From: Felis catus | Lineage: Eukaryota | Direction of reading: 5' to 3' | Assembly: GCF_018350175.1 (NCBI RefSeq) | Contig: NC_058383.1 | Location: 9,736,001 to 9,800,000, forward strand | DNA length: 64,000 nt | Shown: positions 13,928 to 27,262 of the stretch, piece after piece | Layout of the letters: each line of letters starts with the position of its first letter | How positions within the stretch are numbered: the first letter of the stretch is position 1 | The notes under the pieces: generated by a model | Told to the model about the DNA's origin: nothing | Seen by the model: the letters and a program-made list of their open reading frames with translations, nothing else | Database searches by the model: none | Made by a program: the position numbers and the translations under genes

Positions 13928-13945
13928 ATGGATGTGAGCAAGATG
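13928..13945 (+). CDS. HIP1: HIP1 alternative first coding exon (MDVSKM), phase-0 donor
   Basis: ggtcATGG Kozak context; ATG GAT GTG AGC AAG ATG followed by GTAAGT; joins in frame to exon 2 (MDVSKM-TVSINK...). Confidence 0.8.
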
Positions 13946-16719
13946 GTAAGTGAAGAGCAGGAGCTCTGCCCTGGAGCCTCCCCCGGTCCCCGTCCCCGAA
14001 CCCCCCTCCCTTCCTCTCTCCCTTCCAGTCGGCTTGATCCATTGAAAGTTTCTGGATTGTTGATCTTGCTTGTCGGCCCCAACTCCAGGAGTGCTGGAGG
14101 AGGGATCCCGGCCAGGATTGTGGGGGCGGCTGGCCAACAGGGATGGGGGCTCCCGGTTTCCCGCCGTGCTGCCACCAGGGCTGCCCGGGAGAGCTCACTA
14201 GATCCCAAGCAGAAGGCTGTTGAGTTCTCCTCCCGAACTGGGAAACCAGCCTGGTACTGGGAGGGCCAGGCTGCAGGAGGGGGGCTTGTCCTATCCTCTC
14301 TAGAGCCCCCTGCTTGCACACCTATTTGGGATTTATGGGAAGATTTTTGGACTGTGCCAGGGGGCCGGGTGGGGGCACAGGTGGCTGGCTTGGAAGGGCA
14401 GTGAGGAGGAGCTAGGGCTTAAAGCATTTTAGAAAGTGAGGGGTAGGAATGGAATCCTTGGCATAGATGGGAGATGTTTTGATTTACCACTTGTAGACCC
14501 CAGCGGCTTTGGCCTGGGGACCAGCAAACACCTTTGCCTCTTAAGCATCTGGCCCTGGAGCGGCTGATTCCTCCCCCAGGCAGCCCTGTGCCCCCCCCCC
14601 CCCCAGGAGCACAGTAGGAGCTGAGTACATTGTGGTTCATTGACTGGGGAACAGCCCTCAGGGGGTAACAGGATGTGATTTGGGGCACTTGGGGCAGGTT
14701 TTCCCAGAGGTCCCAGATGGCTCCCACTCTGAATGGAGATTTAAGGGTGTCCTTGAGACCGCTACCACTCTGACCCTGGCTTTAGACCAGAGTGCCCCCC
14801 ATCCCCCGGCTCCCCCAGTCTGATAACATTTGAGAGCTTGTGTGTCAGGCTGGAGAGGTACCCAGTGATGGTCTGTGCTGGGATGGGGTGTGTCTTTGTG
14901 TCTGGGGAGAAAGAGGTCTGGGTCTGCCTATTCCTTAGGGAAGAGAAGGTACTGGAATTTCAGTTCATCTTGTACAGAATTAGGCTAGTTTCCCCCAGAG
15001 AGTGCATTTTGAAGTTACCATCTCTATGGAGAAAGCAGGTGAGCTCCTGGGCCTGCCAGCCTCTGGCATTCCATCTTGGGATGGGAAGCAGAGGATAGGT
15101 GATAGTTGTCTCTTCCACCACTGGAAACCAGTCTCATACTGAGCAGTGCCCTGGACCTGGGGGCTGGATGCGGGGTCTCGCTGGCTCCCAGGTTCATACG
15201 AGGACACATACCCATCCGTGGTTGGGCGGGGCCAAAAGGCTGGACCACCATTCCCCATGCGTGTGCTATGAAAGCTTACTTTCTTTGGGCAACTATCAGA
15301 ATGACCCTTCCAAAAACATCCTGTATGCAGCTGTGAGTGTGGGGAGGTGGAAAATTGAGTAGCAGCCACGCTCCTTTCTAGAGATCTCTCAGCAAGACCA
15401 GAGTCACCTGTCCTGCACGTGGACCTGAGGCTCTAGGCCAACGTCCACCAAACCACATCACTCCCAAGCTACCTTCTGGCCCTGAGCTAAGCTTCCTTCC
15501 AAAGCCTGGACTGTGAGGACCAGCTTACAGAATTCAAAGACCTGCGTCTTTAGAGATTTGGGTCCCTTCTAACACTACCACCTCTCTTCACCTGTCTGCT
15601 CATGGACTCAACAGCGTTTATTTAAAACCTGTGGTTCCTATAGCGAGTGCTGTGTGAGGTACACAGAAATGTCACCTGTGGCCTCCCTCCCTGCTCCTCC
15701 AGGGCATCTGGATGGAGGTCTCTAGAGAGATGCAGGGCCAACGAAACACCTACCTATCAAGGCTCCCAACCAGAAGGCCACAGCTCTAAGGGGTCTGCAG
15801 AGGAATCGGGGGTGGGGGTGGGGACAGAGTTCAGATGGAAAACAAGGCCCTAGGCTGGCTGTCAAGGCTGGGTGGAGTTGGCTGTGCTGAGAGCAGTGAG
15901 GGGCATTGCCTGTTGGGAGAGTCACAGGAAGAGGAATGGCCAAGACCATCGGGTGAGACTGGGGACGTTTTGGTTCGGGCACATTTAGATCAGGAAATGT
16001 TGAGATTGTTGGTTGGAGCCAGATCACAATGGCCTTGAATGCCAGCCAAGGTGTTCCGACCTTGGCCTGTAGGCACCGGGTAGAGAATGGGGGGCACAGG
16101 AGAGGCACATGTATTACCTCTCTCTTCTTCTAGCTTGGGGTCCGAACAAAAGTGATATTAGGTTCTCATTAATCATTGAGCAGTCAAAAGCCCAGTCCAG
16201 AAACAATGGTCCCCCGCTCTTTGTAAAGAGCACAGACCCAGGACTGCACCGCAAGAAGAACCTGACCCACCCCAGGGAATTGGCACCTGCTTCCCATTCC
16301 TGCCAAAGGCCAAAGTCGCTTTCCCGTTCGGACCATTTAAAGTCCTCTCTCTGGTTTGAAGTCCTCACTCTGGGGGGCCATTGGCTCCAGGATCGACCTC
16401 AAACCCAGCAGTTAAGCCACGTCCTTGGCAGAGCCTGACATCAGCCTAGAAGGTTTCTCTTGCTTCCCACCGAATGCGAATAAGCAGATTGTAGTCCACC
16501 CGATTCCCTACATGCTGTTGAGCAAGTTTTTGTAATCTCTTCGTCCCATCCGTAAAATGAGAAGAATGATATCTGCCTTGAGCATCCTAGCAAAGGTTGG
16601 AAATAATTCTTTCAAGGCACAGGACCTGGTATAGTTAGTTAGTCCCCCTTCCATGGTGGCTATTATGATAATGATGGTTTCCAGAGTCTCATCTATGACT
16701 CTGATCTCCACCCCCTCCT

Positions 16720-16848
16720 TTCTTTCTTTTTTTTTTTTTTTGTTGTTGTTGATTTATTTATTCTCTACACCCAATGTGGGGCTCAAACTCAGGACCCCAA
16801 GATCAAGAGTCACATGCTCCCCCAGCTGAGCTGGCCAGGTACGCCCCC
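16720..16848 (-). mobile_element. Short older CanSINE
   Basis: gtggggctcaaactcaggaccccaagatcaagagtcacatgctc. Confidence 0.75.
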
Positions 16849-18858
16849 CCCCCCCCACCCTGACTTTATTCTCTTGATTGACATGAAGAGTTGCCTGAAG
16901 GCTGTATTTCAGTTGACTGCTCTCGGGAGCAACTCTTCCAGATCTATTCTCTTTCTGGATGAAGGTACAAATGTCTGTGACAGTGGACCTACCAGCTGTT
17001 GCAAGCGATGAATTTTTGATGACCTCAGATTTCTGCCCAAGGGAGGGCCTGTTTAACCTGGCACTCGGGTGAAGGGCTGTTGGGGGATTGATGATGGAGT
17101 CTGTGCCTCTACTGAACGCAGAGAACGCAGTGCTGAAGTTTGGGGATCAGAGCCAATGTCGGCAATCCTTACAAAAGAATGCGTGGTTTATGTGATGACT
17201 TAGATATGCTTAGTGGTTTACAGTTTACGAAGCGTTTTTACACCTGTTCATGCTTAGCACAACTCTGTGAGGAAGGCAGGGTGGAATTAGCCACATTCTA
17301 CAGATAAGAAAACCGGAGTTCGGGAAATGAAGTCTGGATCCCATACAAGTGGCGGAACCAGGTCTCACACCCGGTTCTCCTGATCACCAAAACGTACACT
17401 ATGGTGACAGAGTAAATAAAGGGCAAGGGAGAAGATTTAGTGACCAGATTCTAGAATGGACACAAGCCAATCTAGAAGGACAAGCTGGAGTGGTGGCCTT
17501 TGGCTTCTGGGTCCCATAGAGGGGCAGGGGACGTTAGTGCTCATCTATATGCAGACTACACGCCTGTCAGTTACCTACCTACTGCTGTTTTCAAAATTCG
17601 GGTTTCTTCCTGCATCTCTGCTGCCCCCCTGAGATCCCCCAGCTTACACAGCAGGAAAATGGGAGGGGTAGAGAAAAGGTGTTTCATGTGTTCAGAGTCA
17701 GTGATCACGATGGCGTGGCGGGGAAAGAGCTTGTGCCGGACGTGTTGTCGCTGCTGGTGTGCGGGTGTATTTGCTGAGTTGAGGAGGGGCGTGGGAAGAG
17801 GAAACGCCGAGTCGGGGAGATCCCTGTGTAGAATGATGCTGAGAACTGTCTTCACAGCCCGGAGAGGCTAATGGCTACGTGACGTGTTCTCCTGCCTAGG
17901 GTCTGAGCTAAGTAATCAGTTAAGGCTGGGCACGGATGACCGGCTTGGTGAGCCTAGAGCAGCGTTTTCAGCTCTGGGTTACAAAATCAGCGTAGTGGGC
18001 TGCAACTAGCATTTGGAAAGAGTGAAGTAGATGAGAAAGCATCCAGGCATGTTACGTGGAAGGGGGTAAGCGTTCGCTCTCGAAACTGGCTTTGGTGGTA
18101 GGCACACGTGTGCACAAGTAACGACTGGCTTTGTAAAGTGTACGTGTTTTTTTACTATGGTCAGAGTCAGAAAAGGTTTTGAAGCCTCTGACCTAGAGAA
18201 TGTCCAGAGAGCGAGGAGGATGTCAGCCTCGTAAGATGAGTGGTTCAGCCCATGGGAGAGAAGACCCCAGAAGCGCTGGTGGTTATCTTTGACTCACTGT
18301 GGGCTGTTGAGACAAAGAGGTAGTTTATGCACTCCACATGGCTCTGGAAGGTGGGATTCGTTTGAAGAGGGGCTAGATCTTGGCTGGCCAGCACTTCCCA
18401 CAACAGAGCCATTCTCCGGCGGAATCAACTCCATGAAGCGGGGGAGAGCCTGTCTGTCCACCGGAGCTGCTCGGGGACCCTGGAGGAGCCTGGCCTCCCG
18501 AGTCCTTGCCAACCTTGGAGACTCTGGCACAGCTTGGCATTCAGGTTTTGGGAGCCTCAGAGACCTGTGGGTGGATGGCTGAGGTCTAGTGTGGCTGGTC
18601 TCACCGTAACACTGGGGAGCAGTTCTAGGGAAGCAAATCCACATAGCCTAGCTTTGTGCATCCCTCACCATCGTTCCTAAAATTTCAGCAGAGCATCCTA
18701 GCAGTCTTCTCCAAACAGTCCCTGTAAGAAGGTCGGGGATGGTGGATGACAGTGGCCTCAGCCAAGTGCCAGCGAGGAAGGAAATCTGTTATTTGCCTCC
18801 TTCAAAAATGCTTAGAAAAAAGAAAAGTTTTTGACATATCATCTGATTGTCATGTCTT

Positions 18859-19069
18859 TTTTTTTTTAATTTCTTTTTTAATGTTTATTTATTTTTGAGA
18901 CAGAGAGAGACAGAGCATGAACGGGGGAGGGTCAGAGAGAGAGGGAGACACAGAATGTGAAGCAGGCTCCAGGCTCTGAGCTGTCAGCACAGAGCCTGAC
19001 TCGGGGCTCGAACTCACGGACTGTGAGCTGAAGTCGGACGCTTAACCGACTGAGCCACCCAGGCGCCCC
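18859..19069 (-). mobile_element. CanSINE with TSD gattgtcatgtctt
   Basis: Direct repeats at 18845-18858 and 19070-19083. Confidence 0.93.
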
Positions 19070-19419
19070 GATTGTCATGTCTTATTGTCACTGATCACTA
19101 AGATTGTTATGGGTCAGGATGAGGTTCAGTTCAACCCACGTGCATATGGGATACTCACTTTATGTGTGGACCCCTGGATGTAGACGTTAAGATGTTTGAG
19201 CCAGAGCTGAGGACGGCCGGGTTGTAGACAGACAGAGACTCCCTTGAAATGCACTGAGTGGAATGACACGTAGACGCTTGTCAGTGACAAAAAGAACACT
19301 CTCACTTGGATTATTTACTGCCTTAAAACGGCCTTGAGAAGCAGAATTCATTGTCCTCGGAGGTATCTCCCGATCTCCCTGGCAGGCAGGGGCTAAGCTC
19401 AGAAGCAAATGGAGAGTTT

Positions 19420-19686
19420 TGTTTTGTCTTTTTTTAATGTTTATTTATTCTTGAGAGAGAAAGAGAGAATGTGCGCACATGCATGCAAGTTGGGGAGGGG
19501 CAGAGAGAGAGGGAGACACAGAATCTGTGGCAGTCTCCAGGCTCTGAGCTGTCAGCACAGAGCCTGACACAGGGCTTGAACCTACGAGCAGTGAGATCGT
19601 GACCTGAGCTGAAGTCAGACGCTTAGCTGACTGAGCCACCCAGTTGTCCCTATAGGGTTTTTTTTTTTAATGTTTACTTATTTTTT

Positions 19687-19741
<55 letters not shown>

Positions 19742-19905
19742 GCACAAATGGGGGAGGGCAGAGAGAGGGAGACACAGAATCTGAAGCAGGCTCCAGGCTC
19801 CAAGTTGTCAGCACAGAGCCTGACACGGGGCTCGAACCCGCAAACAGTGAGATCACGACCTGAGCCGAAGTTGGACGCTTAACCGACTGAGCCACCCAGG
19901 TGCCC
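19420..19905 (-). mobile_element. Two tandem antisense CanSINEs (~19420-19650, ~19658-19905)
   Basis: Two complete antisense bodies. Confidence 0.9.
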
Positions 19906-22900
19906 TGCAAACGTAGGTTTTAGGACGACAGTTCAGCCCACTGTGCTCTGTCGCCCAGCCCATCCCTGCCATCTCCCCCCACCTCCCCCACAGCTGGGTG
20001 ATTTTCTCAAAGAACACGTCCCCGGGGCTGTTTCCGCTCTACCTTTGTCTCCTTTCTTGCTGGAGAGGTCCCAGTCCAAAGCCAGACAGGCACGTGGTCT
20101 GGCAGCTGCCCCTGAGCCGAAGGATTCCAACAGCCAGACAAAACGCACGCTGCCCCGGGGCCCCAAAGAAATTAAGTATAGTTCTGTTAAGAAAAAAAAA
20201 AAAAATCCCGTGTCACCTTTAGATTCCCTGAAGTCCTAATGACTCTTTGATCTGGAGGGGATTTCTCTGGGCCAGTAGGATGGGGTTAGAGGGGTAGGAA
20301 GCAGCTGGGAGGCAGCTGGGGTCCAAGTCCCCTGCATGTGGAGGATCAGGGAGCATCTTCTGTGCCCTGAAACCACACAAGAGGCTGACCATGGGCCTTT
20401 GGAGTCACCTAGGCCAGAGGCTAAAATCCTGACACCACATTTGCCTCTCTAGGACCGTGGACCAGTTAGTTGACCTGTCTGTGCATCACCTCCTTGTCTC
20501 TTGGATGGATGGGTGTCTGTCTGCCTACCTAAGAGGTATTGACATGGCCTGTTTAAAGTTCTTGGCACATGGGAGGGCACAGTAAGCCGTGCTGTAATTA
20601 TTAATTTTTTTTTCTTTATTCAGTTAGGCAGCCAGTAAAATCTTAAGACTTTAGATGAAGGGTGGAACATTCCTTCTTTCAGAATGACCCCTCTGCTAGT
20701 AGGGCCATCAGCCATGTTGTAATTACAGTACCTTTGGTCAAACTCCCAGAGTGCATTTGAGGAACGCACTAGCATGGGAAAGTGGGGGGATAAATGACCT
20801 GGCACTAGAGGAGGGGTCTCCCCGAGAAAGGTGGAGAAGGAGGGATAAGGAGTCCCCCGGGGGAAAGCCAGAGGAGGGCATTTCAGGCAAAGAGAGCCGT
20901 GTGCGCAAAAGCACAAGGTCCAGAGAACACGAGGCGTGTTCGGGAACTATCTGCGGTTATACTAGAACAGTAGGCGGCGGTCCCTGTCTCAGGGGCCCGG
21001 CCAAGTTCCCAGGATGCGGGATCCAAATCCTCCTATACGTCAGTGCTTCCTGGAAGAGGAGGTGTTTCATCAGCTGTGTTGGGAAGAAGGGGAGCAGCCG
21101 TTTCATTGATGGAAACACATGGCGTGCCGTAGGTGGTAAATGAATGGGTGGTGACGTGATGAAGGCCAGTGGCAGCATGCTGAGTAGGTTTGCTAGGAGC
21201 AGGGCCAGAGGGATGAGCGGTGCCAGGTGTGAGGCCCACGTCGAAACAACCAGCATCCCGCGGCCGAAACCAGCGAGAGGCTGTCCCGCTTGGCGGTCAC
21301 GTCGGGACGCGCGCTTCTGGCCAGCAGGCCTGCACCTCCCTCTGGTCCCAGGCCTGGAAGTGGCCCTCGCTGGGACCAGGATAAGCACGGGAGGCACAAA
21401 TGTAGTCGTTTTTTTGTTTTGTTTTGTTTTCCAATAAGCGTTTCGTTAACTGTTCTGACTTCTCTTTGGAGCACTCAGTTCGGCCTCGTTTTCTGGGACC
21501 TAAAGTCGTTTTTTCTCCTGCTGGATTTGTCTCAGGCTAGATTCTTTGGAAAGCAGTCTTACCGAGTGACTGCGTCCCGCGTCAAGTTCCATGTCAGCGG
21601 TCTCGGTGCTGGACAGTGTCAACTGGGGTCCTGGCCATCGTCCTTTTTGTCCTATGCAGATGTCAAGATTGTTGCCCGAGTCGGCACACACCGAGGCCCT
21701 GTGCCAGGCACTGAGGATATAAAAGAGAATGGGATAGTTTGAAGGCCCCTCTCTTCAAGGAGGTGGAGACAATTATTAGAGTACAATAAGTGTGATGTCA
21801 CAGATTTAAGGAAAGCGCAAAGAAACTCAAGGGTAAGGATAATTAATTCTGCCACGTGGTACAGGTGGGTGGGGGAGGGTAACATCTCAGGTAGGCATTC
21901 ATTCATTCATCTATTCAGAAAAATATTTAGGGAGTACCCCCCACATGCCAGGTGCTGTTCTAAGCACTCAGGACGCTTGACCGAACCAGAGATCCTTGCC
22001 TGTGCAGCTGACCTCCTGTGTGTGCATCGGGGATGGGGTGTAGACAGTAGCGGTAAATGTAAACAAAGGAAATTGTGTAGGATGTTGGAAGGTGGTGAAT
22101 GGCCCAGGAAAAGGGGATAGAGAATGCAGATGGGGATGTAGTTGCCCCAGGGTTAGAACGTTAAAGGTCAGGTGCATTACAGAGGTGGGCCAGTCATGCC
22201 CAGCAGGGGTTTTCCTTGGCTCTTGGTGGACCCTGGGAGCCCTAGTCACGGTCTGCTGTGGCTCACCGTCCAGCTGAAACTTTGCAGCCAAGGATGGCCA
22301 TTGGCCTATTGCTCTGAGTTGCCTGAATCTGACCTTAGGGCACTTGCACCGCACCCCAGCCGCCCTCCCTGCAGTCCGTTCAGCTTGGCCTCCAGGACGG
22401 AGGCCGTACTGGACGGAGAGCCCTGGAGGCTCATCGATTCCTTCCAAATTTCGTTAAGTGTCAGAGAAAGACACTACCTCTAATTTCTAACAAACCTCCA
22501 TGAACAGAGCTGAATGTCAAGTGAGCAGGTCTCTGGCCATGGTGCTGTGGGTGGATTTGGTGACATCGTCAGTTTTGGAGGCCCCCTTGGCTGTACCCAA
22601 GTGACATCAGCTAGAACGAGGGTAGGATTGACACATCACCTGGGTACCTACGGCTGGACTCCTCCCTTTGAATCCTGGGCCCTTTCTACGGCAGTTTTTG
22701 TCTAGCGTTGGCTTCTCACCTCCTGAGGGGACACGACCATGAGCGTATTGGCCTCTGATGCTGTGGTTCAGTGAGGCTGGGGCTTCTGTGCTTTGGGTGC
22801 ATTTTAATGTCACAGAGCTGTCTATGGTCTTCAGCAGCTGCAGCGAGGAGACACGTAATCTACTGAAGTGTTTAACTTGCACTATTTTTTTTTCAGAAAA

Positions 22901-22986
22901 TAGGTAAAGGTGTAAAGAAATAAAGATCGAGTACAGTTCCACCATCCAAAACTTCTGCTAGCGATTTGGTATAGATCCTTAGACTT

Positions 22987-23026
<40 letters not shown>

Positions 23027-23094
23027 TGCACACGTACACACAGGCTGGGTTGCACCATATAAAAGTGCTGCTTGTCTAAGTCAAAAATGGCCAA

Positions 23095-23309
23095 GGGGCG
23101 CTTGGGTGGCTCAGTCGGTTGAGCGACCGACTTCGGCTCAGGTCGTGATCTCACGGTCCCTGAGTTCGAGCCCCGCGTCGGGCTCTGTGCTGACAGCTCG
23201 GAGCCTGGAGCCTGCTTCGGATTCTGTCTCCCTCCCTCTCTGTTCTTAACCCACTCACATTCTGTCTCTGTCTCTGTCTCTCTCAAAAAGAAATTAAATA
23301 AACATCTTA
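23095..23309 (+). mobile_element. CanSINE (preceded by (TG)n at ~22991-23022)
   Basis: Canonical head/tail; TSD-like aaaa(a/g)tggccaa. Confidence 0.92.
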
Positions 23310-24064
23310 AAAAGTGGCCAATTTTCACTTGATTCAACCAAATAGAAACGTATATACAACAGGTACGCACGTATTTAAACCGAACGGGACCATCCAATAA
23401 CATAGGTTTGTCTAAGCTTATTTAGCTTCCGCTATGTCTCGGGTCTAGAAACAGTATATCAGAATGGTCAAGGGCATGGGTCCTTAGGGCTCAAATTCTG
23501 TCTCCAGCAGTTACTCACCTGGGCAGGTTCCTGAGGCTTCCCGAGCCGGGGTTGGCCCCCTAGTCTGGTGGGGATGATCACAAGTGCTGTCTACCTGGGG
23601 TGTGGCGAGGGCATGCTCTGTGTGCCGTTATTTCTATGTTTCCAGAGAAGTTAGAGATGATGTATTACTTCCCTGTAATCAGTACACTATTACCAGACAT
23701 TTAACTATGTCCTCTGTCCATTTCCCACCATGAAGGTGACGTCCTTGTACACACATCGAAGAGTGACGCATTTTCACTGCTTTAACACTTGAAATACTTG
23801 GGGTTTAAGGTTTTAGATTTTTATTATCGAGAAATGTATTGGATATATAACATTGTGTAACTTTAAGGTATACAACGTGTTGATTTCTTCCATTTCCATA
23901 TTACAATATGATTGCCATTGGATTGATAAAGGTTTTTGGCGTTTAAGAATTCTTTTTATTAATGTGTTTCTAGCTGAGTGGTAGGCCCAGGGGATGCTCG
24001 CTTGGACTGTTGTATATAATTCTGCGAATGGGGGTCCCTGGACCCGGCTTCCTCTTCGTTTGCT

Positions 24065-24271
24065 TTTTTTTGCTTTATTTTAACTTTAATTTTTTAATTT
24101 TATTTGAGAGAGAGAATATGAGCAGGGAGAGGGGCAGAGAGCGAGAATCCTAAGCAGGCTCCACGCTCAGTGCAGAGCCCGATGCAGGACCCAGGCCCAC
24201 AGCCCTGGGATCAGGACCTGAGCTGAAATCAAGAGTTGGATGCTCAACCAACTGAACCACCCAGACGCCCC
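24065..24271 (-). mobile_element. CanSINE
   Basis: Antisense body. Confidence 0.85.
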
Positions 24272-25178
24272 TTCATTTGCTCTTCAGTGCTCCAGCCACA
24301 CATCCCCACACTGGGCACTGGCCCCCACTTCTGTGCCTTGATGCCTGCTTCTCCACACCAACGTCCCTGCAGGCCCCTCCTCCAGGCCGGGTAGGCGGCT
24401 GGCTCTTCCTCCAAGGGAGGACGCCCACACCGGCCCTGCAGCCTTGGTCAGATGCCCCCCCCCCGCCCCACTCTGCACTCACCAGTATCTCCTCTCTAAC
24501 CGGCTGTGCACACAGAGCACTTACATCTGACTCATGCATGAGTTAACTTAGTACAGCACTTGACGCATAGGTGCTTGATATATGTTTGGTGGGTGAATTT
24601 CGTGAGTGTATAAAGTCATCGCTGACTAAACTCATGGGGGCCAGATCCCGAAAGCCTTTTCCCCGCCTGCAGTGGTGAGCCCCTGGACACCTGGGCATGG
24701 TTGGAGCCGTGCTTTAGAAAGAGAGGTCTGGCCATTTGTACCTACCAGGAGCTGAGGGCCCTTTGGGTGACCCCCCTCCTGAACCTCGAGGCTCTTACCC
24801 CCTCCTTCCCTGAGGAAGGGCTCCTCTTCACTCCTCAGGAAACAGAAGTGAGAGTTCTTGGGTCCTCTGCTTTCGGAGGAAGTCATATCAGAGCGCCACT
24901 GATGGTGATGAAATCCACCCCCGGAATTAGCAACCACCGCCCCCCCGCCCCGCCCCCTCCACTTCAGCAAACTGCTCGGCAGCTCTTCCCCAGCTTGTTT
25001 TGACTCCCTGGGTTCTGGCCCAGAAGTATCCATCGGGGCTCCTGCCTGCCAGCCAGGACGTTCCTTGGCCTCCCCGGGGTGACCAGATCCTGCACTGCCC
25101 CTCCACTCCCTCCTCTTCGGCCCTGCCCAGAGATCAGTGATGCCTGTACTTTGATTGTGTGTTAAGAAGGACTTCAGT

Positions 25179-25307
25179 GGGCCGCCTGGGTGGCTCAGTC
25201 GGTTCAGTGTCTGACTCTTGATTTGGGCTCAGGTCGTCATCTCGTGGTTTGTGGGATCGAACCCTGCATCGGGCTCTGCGCCACTGACAGTGCGGAGCCT
25301 GCTTGGG

Positions 25308-25349
<42 letters not shown>

Positions 25350-25413
25350 CCTGCCCCTTGCACTCTCTCTTTCTCAAAATAAAGAAATAAACTTACAAAA
25401 AAAAAAAAATAAT
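25179..25413 (+). mobile_element. CanSINE with TSD aaggacttcagt
   Basis: Head, (CT)n, A tail, flanking direct repeat. Confidence 0.9.
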
Positions 25414-26565
25414 AAGGACTTCAGTTCTGGAGGCTAGGGCTTGACAGACCTGTGTGTTCTCTCAGTGGAAGTGAGTCTGACTTGTCCTTCCCAGGCCTGG
25501 AAGGATAGAGCCGGGATCCGTGAGGTCACAGCTGGAGCAAGGTCTTGGCTGAAATCCTGGCTGTGCTGCTGGCCAGCCAAGGCATCCCACAACTAGCTGG
25601 GCGAGTCGCTCCACTGTTCCAAGACTCCGTTTCCCCATCTCATCAGCGGAGCTGACAGCCCGGCTGCGACCATAGGGTTAAATGACATCATGTGTGCAAA
25701 TGAGCCTGGGATCTATTACAGGCCAGGAGAGGTTAATGGCATTAGGGAATCAGAGCTGGAACTACAATAAGGTAGAGACCATTCAGTCCCGAGTTTCAGA
25801 TAAGGGAGTTTCAGATAAGGGAATTCGAGATCCAAAGGTTGTGGTGGGTGGGGCTTGGGGTGGGGGAGTGGAAGGAAACTGAGAGAAGAATTGAGAGGGG
25901 TCTGGACATTCTGCCTTATGCTTCCTGTGTCCCACCCCCCCCCCCCCGCCCCGCCCGCTCCGCTCCCCACCAGCACACACATCTGCCAAAGGAAGCCCCA
26001 ATCTCATGTCTCCTTCCTGAAAGGCCTCATCGAAGAAGAAGAGCACAGAAGTGACCGAGTGTGTCCGCATTGATTCCGTGGAGGTGCAAGCAGTTCCAAA
26101 GCTGGAAGGCAGGGGGAAGGAGGGCGCGAGTTAGTGTGAGAAACAAGGCGGGGATGGGGGAGCATTGGCCCCGGGGAAGAGGAGGCAGAGAGGACTGGCT
26201 TCGTTTCTTTCTTCAAGCTTCTGTGGAATGGGCCATCGGTGCCCCGAGTCCTGGCAGCCCCCCACTTTCCTAGACAACACTTCTGCCTTCTCCTCCCCCG
26301 CCCTCCCTCTCAGCCCCTGACCTTGCTTCCTGTTTCAACAGTGAGGGCTAGATGCAATCCCCAGAAAGCCGGCACGAGCCCCCGCCAGCCATCTGCCGAC
26401 ACCTGTTTCCATACGCTGTGACCTGGGCCCGTGCCTGACAGAGTGGCCAGCGCCTCCTGTGCACGAGGCCCCCTCCCCTGCCCCCTTCCCGTGACGCTCC
26501 AGTCCTTCCCCCCACACCTATACAAACGTGTTGTGATTTCTCCCATTTAAAACAAGGAAACCTAC

Positions 26566-26790
26566 GGGGCTCCTGGGTGGCTCAGTTGGTTAAGCGTCCG
26601 ACTTTGGCTCGCCTCTCAGTCTCAGGTTCCTGGGTTCGAGACCGACGTGGGGCTCTGCGTTGACAGCTCAGAGCCTGGAACCTGCTTCAGGTTCTGTGTC
26701 TCCCTCTCCCTCTCTCTCTCTCTGCCTCTCCCCTGCTTGTGTTCTCTCTCAAAAATAAATAAATAAATAAACATTAAAAAATAAATAAAA
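26566..26790 (+). mobile_element. CanSINE
   Basis: Head/tail motifs. Confidence 0.88.
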
Positions 26791-27016
26791 CCAGGACACC
26801 TGGACCCCGCCTCCATCTGTCTCAGCCCCCTGGCTGGAAGGAGCCCCTTCTTCCTCTCTCTGAGTCCCCCTGCAGGCTCTGCCCCCTTCCACTCTCCCCA
26901 AAAGCCTTTTTAAAGATCACCACGATGTCCCTCCCGGTGGTCAGTTTTCAGCTCTCCTTTGCTTGGTCTGTTGGCAGCTTTCACAGCTGCTCACCCCCCG
27001 TTGAAAATACATCTCA

Positions 27017-27262
27017 GGGGCACCCGGGTGGCTCAGTCGGTTGAGCGTCAGACTCTGGCTCAGGTCGTGATCTCGCGCTTCGTGAGTTTGAGCCCCGCAC
27101 CTGGCTCTGGGCTGACAGCTCAGAGCCTGTGCCTGCTTCGGATTCTGTGTCTCCTTCTCTCTCGGCTCATCCCCTACTCATGCTCTGTCTCTCACTCTGT
27201 CTGTCTGTCTGTCTCTCTCTCTCAAAAATAAATAAATAAATATTAAAAAAAAAAGAAAAGAA
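27017..27262 (+). mobile_element. CanSINE inserted in L2
   Basis: Head/tail motifs. Confidence 0.88.

Larger units (their letters stand above)
12900..14250 (+). promoter_or_regulatory. HIP1: CpG island / alternative HIP1 promoter (exon 1b)
   Basis: Very GC- and CpG-dense (e.g. CGCGCGCGCGCGC ~13338, GCC repeats ~13781-13796), GC-box-like C-tracts, no SINEs, and a strong donor ATG|GTAAGT at 13945/13946. Boundaries approximate. Confidence 0.85.

Noticed and set aside
13004..13937. Long Pro/Arg/Ala-rich ORFs on both strands
   Set aside because: Stop-poor CpG island composition; no recognisable protein.
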